The translations under genes were made by a program, and so were the position numbers. Positions 7,602 to 13,905 of a stretch of DNA of 13,905 nucleotides are shown piece after piece (the stretch's first letter is position 1; every line of letters starts with the position of its first letter). The notes beneath the pieces were generated by a model, which did no database searches, was not told where the DNA came from, and was given only the letters and a program-made list of their open reading frames with translations. This DNA is from a bacterium (lineage in GTDB: Bacteria; Zhuqueibacterota; Zhuqueibacteria; Oceanimicrobiales; Oceanimicrobiaceae), in NCBI GenBank assembly GCA_046757525.1, contig JBHHYI010000109.1, positions 1-13,905 of the forward strand, in the 5' to 3' direction.

Positions 7602-8918
7602 ATGACTGCTAATTTCGATTATCACAAAAAATTTACTTCTTTCAAAAACAAGACCTTGTATGAGGCGTTGGCGCCCCAGCAACAGGCCTATGTGCGCTCA
7701 ATTGCGTTTGCCCACGGCTTGAGTTTTCAGGAGTTCCGGCAGGTCGTTGAGGTGGCGCGCGATCTCAGCATGTGGGGTGAGGCAGACCTGGCCCAATGGT
7801 GGCGAGAGCAGTCCCGGCAAACCACCTTGCAAGGCGTGCCATTAAAAAAACACCTGCTGCAGCAATTACACACCTACGTGCAAAAGTTAAAACAAGCCCC
7901 GAAAAAATATCCGCAAGCCGGCTTACCTCGGCCGCACCAAAGAGAAAAACACACCGTCACTCTGGAGGAGTCAGACAAGAAAGTTTACGGCATGTGTCCG
8001 GTGGCTTCCGAAGAGACCGTTTGCTGCAATTTGCGCACCATCGATGCTGTGGAAAATTGCGCCTTTGGCTGCAGCTATTGCACCATCCAGACTTTCTACA
8101 GTGACCGATTCGCCTTCGATGCCAACTTTGCTGAGAAGCTCAAGGCCATCCCTCTGGAACCGAACCGCTTCTACCACTTTGGCACCGGACAGGCATCGGA
8201 CTCCCTGGTCTGGGGGAACCGACACGGGATTTTGGACGGCCTCTGTCAGTTTGCCGCGGATCATGCCAACGTCTTGCTGGAATTCAAGACCAAGTCGGAC
8301 AACGTACATTACTTTCTCGAAAATGAGGTGCCCCGCAATATCGTTTGCAGTTGGTCGCTGAACACGCCGACCATCATCCGAAACGAAGAACATTTTACCG
8401 CAAATCTGCAACAACGCTTGGCTGCTGCTCGCCTGGTGGCAGACCGCGGGATCAAAGTGGCCTTTCATTTTCACCCCATGGTTTATTACCAGGGGTGGCG
8501 TGAAGAGTATCCCGAAATCGCCGCCAGAGTCATGGCTGCTTTCCAACCCCGGGAAGTGCTGTTCATCTCCTTTGGCTCGATCACGATGATCAAACCCGCG
8601 GTGAAAAAAATTCGCAAGCTGGGGCACGCCACCAGGATTTTGCAGATGGAAATGGTGCCCGATCCACACGGCAAGTTGACCTATCCCGACGAGATCAAGG
8701 TCGCCATGTTTCGCGCCATGTACAATTGCTTGCAACCCTGGCGCGATGAGGTGTTCATGTACTTGTGCATGGAGAAAGCTTTGATCTGGCAAAAAACCTT
8801 TGGGTACGTCTATTCCAACAATGAGGCGTTTGAACGTGCTTTTCTCGCCCAAACCATGAGCAAATTGGCGCCACGTGAATCTTTCACGCTGAATACAAAT
8901 CCTAAAGTGGAGATTTGA
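7602..8918 (+). CDS. Spore photoproduct lyase (SPL)-family radical SAM protein with N-terminal extension
   Basis: CxxxCxxC (C153-AFG-C157-SY-C160; nt 8058-8081) followed by SPL-family blocks GTGQASDSL, LEFKTKS, WSLN, RLAAA, VAFHFHPM, GKLTYP, YLCME. Confidence 0.88.
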   Translation: MTANFDYHKKFTSFKNKTLYEALAPQQQAYVRSIAFAHGLSFQEFRQVVEVARDLSMWGEADLAQWWREQSRQTTLQGVPLKKHLLQQLHTYVQKLKQAPKKYPQAGLPRPHQREKHTVTLEESDKKVYGMCPVASEETVCCNLRTIDAVENCAFGCSYCTIQTFYSDRFAFDANFAEKLKAIPLEPNRFYHFGTGQASDSLVWGNRHGILDGLCQFAADHANVLLEFKTKSDNVHYFLENEVPRNIVCSWSLNTPTIIRNEEHFTANLQQRLAAARLVADRGIKVAFHFHPMVYYQGWREEYPEIAARVMAAFQPREVLFISFGSITMIKPAVKKIRKLGHATRILQMEMVPDPHGKLTYPDEIKVAMFRAMYNCLQPWRDEVFMYLCMEKALIWQKTFGYVYSNNEAFERAFLAQTMSKLAPRESFTLNTNPKVEI

Positions 8919-9415
8919 CAACTCTAAGCCTACCTTGCCTACGGTCCTGGCCCGGCACCTACGCGTTGATCCTCGCTTCGTCGACGTTCGCAGACGTGCG
9001 GATTGGCAAACTCGGTCGGCTTGGGGTGAAGCCAGGCTTTTACGTGTACATCGGCAGCGCGTTTGGCCCCGGCGGTTTAAAGACGCGTCTGGCCCACCAC
9101 AGCCAGGTAAGCGCCCGGCCGCATTGGCACGTGGATTACCTGCGCACACACACCAGCCTGCAAGGCGTGTGGTGCACCTACGACTCGACCCGCCGTGAAC
9201 ATCAGTGGGCCGAGGCCATGGCCCGGTTGCCTGGCGCGTCGGTTCCCCTCCTGGGTTTTGGCTCTTCGGATTGCACCTGCGTGTCCCATCTTTGCTTCTT
9301 TGCTGCGGTGCCTGAACCGGAATCTTTTCAGCGCGTGCTGCGACTGCACCGGCAGGAATGCGAGCATTTTGTGGCGTGTTCCGTCGTAGACCAGGCGGCC
9401 TGGACTTTGAAATAA
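8915..9415 (+). CDS. GIY-YIG nuclease family protein (DUF123 / Uri-superfamily type)
   Basis: GTYALIL..IGKLG..GFYVYIGSAFGPGGLKTRLAHH..HWHVDYL..E..GFGSSDCTCVSHL. TTG start overlaps the upstream stop (TTGA). Confidence 0.88.
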   Translation: MTTLSLPCLRSWPGTYALILASSTFADVRIGKLGRLGVKPGFYVYIGSAFGPGGLKTRLAHHSQVSARPHWHVDYLRTHTSLQGVWCTYDSTRREHQWAEAMARLPGASVPLLGFGSSDCTCVSHLCFFAAVPEPESFQRVLRLHRQECEHFVACSVVDQAAWTLK

Positions 9416-9471
9416 CGTTCCTTTATTTTTGTTTGGATTACCTTGGTAAAAATCTTCTGACAAGAAATGAG

Positions 9472-9567
9472 GGCACCATAGCGCACCGAACCCACCGAAA
9501 AAGGCACTCAAGCTCTCTAAAACAAAGTCAGAATAATTCGGTGTTCCTCAGTGTCCTCCAGTGTTCA
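9472..9567. repeat. Short 9-10-nt-period repeats in inverted arrangement between convergent genes
   Basis: Left GCACCATAGC-GCACCGAAC-CCACCGAA (9473-9499); right TTCGGTGTTC-CTCAGTGTCC-TCCAGTGTTC (9537-9566). CACCGAA pairs with TTCGGTG. Confidence 0.45.
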
Positions 9568-9569
9568 AT

Positions 9570-12500
9570 TCAAAAGAGATTGTTTTTCTTCTTTTTCTTC
9601 TTGCCGAAGAGTCCTTCGAGTACATTTTTCAGCGGATCTGCTTCGGTTTTGCGCTTGCTGGTTGAAACGGAATCTTTCTTAGTTCCGGTGTCTGTCGTCT
9701 TGAGCGCTGCTTGCGTTGACGTTGATTTCTTAGAATCGTCTTCTCCGGTGTTTTTCCTCAGCCCGCCGAAAATCTTGCCCAGGCCCTTTTGAATGGTGCT
9801 CTCGGTCGTGCGGCTAAGCGCTTTCTTCATGTCCCAGACGATCTCAGGCTTGTCTTTGGTGCCCTTTACGATGAAGTCCAAAGGCAGCCTGTTCGAATCC
9901 ACCAGCAGGAATTGAGGCACCTGGACGGCTCTGTCACGGAAGCGCCTGGTGAGCTCTTCAGACAGCAGCATGCTGACGGCAAAATCCAACGACCCGTCCA
10001 AACCGATTTTGCCGTCCAACGACATGTCGTTGTCGAAAGCTTTCAATTCAAATTTGTCAAACGAGATCGTTTCGTTTCTTAGCTTAAAGCGATTGCTGAC
10101 GGTTTTGAATTTCATATTTTCAAATGTGGGCAAGTTCAGGAAGCTCGCCAGTGAGTGCAACATCGGCAGGTTGGTAATCTTGCCGTTAAAGACCACAGAG
10201 GTTCCTTCAGCAACCAAATTCTTCTTTATGTCTTCCACGGACGTTCCCGTGCCCCGGGCGTTCAGCTTCAGTTGCATCTTGCCAAACAGAGCATCTTTCA
10301 GAGGGATGGCGTTGCTGGCGAAGTCGTTAACGTCCAGACTATCGCAACGCATGTCAATTGCATAGGCCAGGCCGCTGGGATCGTTGAAGTCGGCCTTGGC
10401 ACTGCCCGCCAGCTTGCCGGAGTACAAGCCGGACCTGAAATTCTTGATGGAAAGGACATTGTTTCTGATGATCACATCTGCCGTGGCATGGTTCAGGACG
10501 ATGTTATTGGTGATCAGTTTGGTGATCCTGACTTTGCCGTCGAGCGTTTCAAACGGCAGTTTGATCGGTTCCCCTCGGGACGTCCCTGCTTCCTCGGATT
10601 CCGTCTCCGGGAAGATTTCGTCCAAATCTAACAGCGACGAAGTGAGTCTCAGGGTGCCTCGGCGCTTGCCGACCGGGTCTAAGATCTCCCCCGACAGGGC
10701 CAGCGAAGATTTGCCTGCTCTCAAAGTCAAATTGGCAATCTTGACTCTCCGGCCCGACAGGCTCATCTTGCCGTTGATGTCCCTCACCGGAACCGCCAAA
10801 TCGGGGCTGGTGAATTTGCCGCGCGTTAAGCTTATTTGCCCATTTAAGCTCGTGCTTTTAGGCTGCGCAACATTTCCCCTGGCCGTCAAATCGGCCCTGA
10901 GTCTGCCGGAAACAGCCATGCCCGCCGGCAATTCCACGTAGTCTTTCACCGCACCCAGGTTCAGATCCGTCTTGAGTTTAAGATCATATCTTGGATGCTC
11001 GAAGTCGCTAACCGAACCAGAAAGCGCGAAGGGATCCTTGCCCAGTTGGGCAGTAATGTTGCGCAAGCTAACACTGTTTTCAGTGAACTGTATGCGGCCG
11101 CTGAGATGCGAAATCTTGTTCGGCAGCTCCGTAGAACTCAAGCTAAGCTCTTCGAACGCCAACAAGCCATCCACGTGCGGCACCTTGCCCTGGACGACCG
11201 CACCCCTGGCACCCATCTTGACATGAACTTGCCCTGTGCCATTCAATTTGGCCAGCCGGGGCAACTGGTCCGGCGGAATCTTGCTCTTAATTTCAGGAGA
11301 TTGGAGGTAGCGCTTCATCGAGCCGAGGTCCAAATCGGCATCGAGTTTTAAATCGATCTTCGGGTGCCCGAAGTCAACGATGGAGCCAGACAGCGCGGCA
11401 CGATTGCTGCCAAGGCTGGCGGAAACGTTCTTCAGATTCAGGTTCTTGTCCGTAAAGTCCACGCTGCCGTTAAGATTGGAAAGCTTGTCGGGTAGTCCTG
11501 AATAACCCAACGTAAGCTTGTTAAAAGCAAGTGTGCCTTGTACGGCCGGCGTTTTGTCTTCTGCAATGGCACCTCGGACAGCCATCTTCAGGTTGATTTT
11601 CCCGTCACCCTGCAGTCTTGCCAACGCCGGAAACTGTTCGCGTGGGATTAAGTCCAGAAGGTTACGAAATTCAATTTCGTTGGTCTTCAGGGTGAGGTCG
11701 ACTGCGGGAGTGGTGTCGTAATTCTTGAGCACGCCGGCAAAGTTGAGTTGCGTCGAGGCCACGGCTAACACCAATTGTTCAATCCGAACCAGCTTGTCCT
11801 GGGAGTCAATGCTGAAATCATACTTGACTTTGGTCGCGGGGAAGCTGATGGCAGACTCACGCTGTTTCAAATCCTTGAAACTGAGGCCCTTGATTTCGAT
11901 TTGCCCCGTGGCGCGGATATTTCGCAGTTCTTTGTCGAGGGCGATTGAGATTCTCTGATCTATCTTGTCCACCGCCACGCGCTTGTTGTTCTGATGATCG
12001 ACAAAAAGCAGTTGGCCGTCCTGTATTCGAGCTGAATTGACGAGCAATGAAACCGGTGAGGATTCAAGCTCCTCAGTCGGAGGCGCCGCCGCCTCCTTTG
12101 CCGCCTCCGGTAGCTCGAAATTGAATTTACCCGCTTTGTTCCGCTCAATCAAAACTTGCGGATTCTTGAGCACAATCGATTCGACTTCCACGTGCTTGCT
12201 CAGAAGTGGCAGCAATTTGACATTCAAGCTCAAAGCGCGCAGTTTGAGCAGCGGCTCGTCCCTGAAGCCTGTGGCATTCGCCACGGTCAGTCCTGTCACG
12301 TTGAGGCTGAGCCCGGGGAAGACCGACAACCCCACATCTTCGATGCTTACTTCCCGGCCCACCGCTGCGGAGATTTTAGGAACGATGATTTCCTTAAGCC
12401 GCTCGGAAGGAAACAAAATCCTGACGGTAATAAATAGCAGTAGGTACCCGACAACAACCATACCTAAAACTGCTGCGAGAAATATCTTGAGCTTTTTCAT
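9570..12500 (-). CDS. AsmA family protein (repeating beta-groove lipid-transport-like envelope protein)
   Basis: N-terminal TM anchor (MKKLKIFLAAVLGMVVVGYLLLFI), AsmA-N signature (GREVSI..VKLLPLLSKHVEVESIVLKNPQV..GKFNF), beta-rich body with LYSGKLAG, C-terminal GKIGLDGSLDF..VKGTKDKPEI and a basic tail. Confidence 0.88.
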   Translation of the reverse strand: MKKLKIFLAAVLGMVVVGYLLLFITVRILFPSERLKEIIVPKISAAVGREVSIEDVGLSVFPGLSLNVTGLTVANATGFRDEPLLKLRALSLNVKLLPLLSKHVEVESIVLKNPQVLIERNKAGKFNFELPEAAKEAAAPPTEELESSPVSLLVNSARIQDGQLLFVDHQNNKRVAVDKIDQRISIALDKELRNIRATGQIEIKGLSFKDLKQRESAISFPATKVKYDFSIDSQDKLVRIEQLVLAVASTQLNFAGVLKNYDTTPAVDLTLKTNEIEFRNLLDLIPREQFPALARLQGDGKINLKMAVRGAIAEDKTPAVQGTLAFNKLTLGYSGLPDKLSNLNGSVDFTDKNLNLKNVSASLGSNRAALSGSIVDFGHPKIDLKLDADLDLGSMKRYLQSPEIKSKIPPDQLPRLAKLNGTGQVHVKMGARGAVVQGKVPHVDGLLAFEELSLSSTELPNKISHLSGRIQFTENSVSLRNITAQLGKDPFALSGSVSDFEHPRYDLKLKTDLNLGAVKDYVELPAGMAVSGRLRADLTARGNVAQPKSTSLNGQISLTRGKFTSPDLAVPVRDINGKMSLSGRRVKIANLTLRAGKSSLALSGEILDPVGKRRGTLRLTSSLLDLDEIFPETESEEAGTSRGEPIKLPFETLDGKVRITKLITNNIVLNHATADVIIRNNVLSIKNFRSGLYSGKLAGSAKADFNDPSGLAYAIDMRCDSLDVNDFASNAIPLKDALFGKMQLKLNARGTGTSVEDIKKNLVAEGTSVVFNGKITNLPMLHSLASFLNLPTFENMKFKTVSNRFKLRNETISFDKFELKAFDNDMSLDGKIGLDGSLDFAVSMLLSEELTRRFRDRAVQVPQFLLVDSNRLPLDFIVKGTKDKPEIVWDMKKALSRTTESTIQKGLGKIFGGLRKNTGEDDSKKSTSTQAALKTTDTGTKKDSVSTSKRKTEADPLKNVLEGLFGKKKKKKNNLF

Positions 12501-12650
12501 GATTAATACGGCACCTTGACTATGTTAATACAAAGTAGCAATGCTTTGCTGTTTTCCTGAAGAGCAGAAGGGTGTTAGTGTTCATAAGCGATCTTGCTGG
12601 CGACTTTCATCTATTCTTGAACTTCAAAACCTTCAACCTTCAATCTCAAC

Positions 12651-12669
12651 AAAAAACCTCGAGAGGCTT
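12651..12669 (-). terminator. Candidate intrinsic terminator
   Basis: Minus strand AGCCT-CTCG-AGGTT hairpin running into a 6-T tract; short stem. Confidence 0.4.
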
Positions 12670-12836
12670 ATTCCACCAAGCTGAGCCTGTCCAATCTTGG
12701 CAGAGACACTGCAGGTTCCCTAGTAGTTTGGGGCAACAGGCATTGAACCGCAACTTTCCGTTCGCCTGACCGTAGTACAAGACCGTGTCTCGCGACCGCC
12801 ACGGCTGCATTTCACACCGTACCCAGGGAATACCCC
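12651..12836 (-). ncRNA. Unidentified structured RNA candidate (sRNA or asmA leader)
   Basis: GC-rich island within AT-rich intergenic DNA. Nested complementary pairs: 12669-12674/12827-12832, 12681-12686/12821-12826, 12698-12702/12797-12801, 12703-12709/12785-12791, 12737-12741/12764-12768, 12745-12748/12760-12763. The imperfect pairs are G-U on the minus strand. Ends in a terminator-like hairpin. Confidence 0.4.
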
Positions 12837-12880
12837 AGATTTGTCAAAATTTCTGGCAATTCATTTTCTTAAACCATATA

Positions 12881-12908
12881 TTGACATTTGCCGCTAACTT
12901 TAAATAAT
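12881..12908 (+). promoter_or_regulatory. Putative sigma70-type promoter for the cytochrome c gene
   Basis: TTGACA (12881-12886) - 16 nt - AATAAT (12903-12908); SD GGAGGG at 12934-12939. Confidence 0.4.
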
Positions 12909-12943
12909 GGCTCAAACTAATAACCACATATTCGGAGGGCTTC

Positions 12944-13738
12944 ATGTTTTATTTTCACACCAGCAGGTCAGCCAAATCCAGCAGCAGGCGACGAACCTGT
13001 GGGGCCAAAATCGTAGCCGCAGCCGGCCTGCTTACCCTGCTCGTCGGTGCCAACGTACAGGCGCAAATCCCGGACAAATTCACCAATTTGAAAGTGCTTC
13101 CCAAGGACATCTCCAAAAGCGAACTCCTGGAAAACATGAAGAGCTTTGCCAGGGGCCTCGGGGTGCGCTGTCAGTACTGTCACGTGGGAGAAGAAGGCAA
13201 GCCGCTTTCAACGTTTGACTTCGCCTCGGACAAAAAACCGGAAAAAGCCGCTGCTCGCGTTATGATCAAAATGCGGGAAACCATCAACGGCTTGTTCCTG
13301 ACCCAGCTCGACCGGGAGGAGAGCCACGGGCTTCAGGTGAATTGCGTCACCTGCCACCATGGACAGCCGCATCCAGAAACCATCGAGCAGGTGCTTTCTG
13401 AAGAGCTTGACGAAAAAGGCGTGGAGGCCGCCATCAAAAAGTACCGCGATCTCAGAGAGAAATACTACGGCGGGTTTACCTACGATTTCCAGGAAGGGGT
13501 GTTGGCCAACTTTGCTTTCCAACTGGTGCCGGCCGGGCGACTGGACGAGGCCCTGGCCATCCTGAAGCTAAACCTGGAGTTCCACCCGCAGTCGGCCATA
13601 ACTTACCAGGCACTCGGCGAAGTCTACGCCATGCAAGGCGACAAAGCAACAGCCATCGAGAATCTGAAGAAATCCCTGGAGATTGATCCACAAAACAGGC
13701 GGGCCAAAAACAGACTCGAAGCACTTTCGCAGAAATAG
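12944..13738 (+). CDS. Exported diheme c-type cytochrome (reaction-centre cytochrome c subunit-like domain) with C-terminal TPR repeats
   Basis: Signal peptide ending VQA. NLKVLP..M..ARGLGVRCQYCHV (13169-13183), DFASDKKPEK..ARVMIKM, VNCVTCHHG (13343-13357). TPR region ALAILKLNLEFHPQSA..LGEVYAMQGDKATAIENLKKSLEIDPQN. Confidence 0.88.
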   Translation: MFYFHTSRSAKSSSRRRTCGAKIVAAAGLLTLLVGANVQAQIPDKFTNLKVLPKDISKSELLENMKSFARGLGVRCQYCHVGEEGKPLSTFDFASDKKPEKAAARVMIKMRETINGLFLTQLDREESHGLQVNCVTCHHGQPHPETIEQVLSEELDEKGVEAAIKKYRDLREKYYGGFTYDFQEGVLANFAFQLVPAGRLDEALAILKLNLEFHPQSAITYQALGEVYAMQGDKATAIENLKKSLEIDPQNRRAKNRLEALSQK

Positions 13739-13849
13739 CAGGACGGCTTTGATTGAAAAACCGCAGGCCTCCATCGTCGCCAGTAGGCACGGCATCTGCC
13801 CTTTTGCCAGTCACGTGTGCGGGTGCACGCGATTCAGCGGCTTCGTCGA

Positions 13850-13903
13850 CTAACTCTGCAAGCGCTCTGGTGATCCGGGCGGGATGCGAACGACGAGAGG
13901 CTC
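13850..13903 (-). CDS. Possible 3' end of a convergent gene entering from beyond the window
   Basis: Minus frame reads ..EPLVVRIPPGSPERLQS* to TAG at 13852-13850, followed by a hairpin at 13814-13831. Only 17 codons are visible. Confidence 0.2.
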   Translation of the reverse strand, partial: EPLVVRIPPGSPERLQS

Positions 13904-13905
13904 TT

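Noticed and set aside
7971..9149. 392-aa antisense ORF over the SPL and GIY-YIG genes
   Set aside because: No recognisable motifs; shadow frame of two well-supported genes.
9472..9567. Short repeats as a CRISPR array
   Set aside because: Units are 9-10 nt with no spacers, and there are no cas genes.
12572..12769. 65-aa intergenic ORF
   Set aside because: GTG start, no motif, and it overlaps the repeats and the structured region.
12660..12836. Intergenic structure as tmRNA, SRP, tRNA, FMN/cobalamin/ZTP riboswitch or 16S fragment
   Set aside because: Only short word matches (TCCACCA, GTCAGG..GGAA, GAGACACGGTC); the required flanking consensus elements are missing.
76..12849. Recurring TTTGWCAAA palindrome as a regulon motif (near 79, 7540, 12840)
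   Set aside because: Also occurs inside CDSs (near 6574 and 10053) and coincides with the -35 hexamer; not distinguishable from background.
12944..13042. SRRR in the cytochrome signal peptide as a Tat motif
   Set aside because: No FLK-like consensus after RR, and c-type cytochromes are normally Sec-exported.

Overview
Bacterial chromosomal window with 10 well-supported CDSs and no integrase, transposase, CRISPR array, rRNA or tRNA. The left minus-strand pair is a PlsC-family acyltransferase and a secreted TolB-like propeller/PA/M28/PDZ peptidase. A central co-directional plus-strand block is rich in damage-repair genes: ogt, msrB, a GAF-PP2C (SpoIIE/RsbU-like) phosphatase, an AT-rich MNT-HEPN pair, an SPL-family radical SAM enzyme and a DUF123 GIY-YIG nuclease. 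At the right are an AsmA-like protein (minus) and a diheme c-type cytochrome with TPRs (plus). Most notable: (1) an SPL-like enzyme apparently lacking canonical catalytic residues, coupled to a GIY-YIG nuclease; (2) a -1 frameshift at A_AAA_AAC joining an msrB-coupled 50-codon ORF to the phosphatase; (3) an unidentified ~185-nt structured RNA candidate with a terminator upstream of asmA; (4) a CTAG-bounded nested-palindrome MITE/REP-like element upstream of msrB; (5) a His-to-Asn change at an M28 zinc ligand. All assignments come from motif recognition by eye; no searches or folding programs were run.
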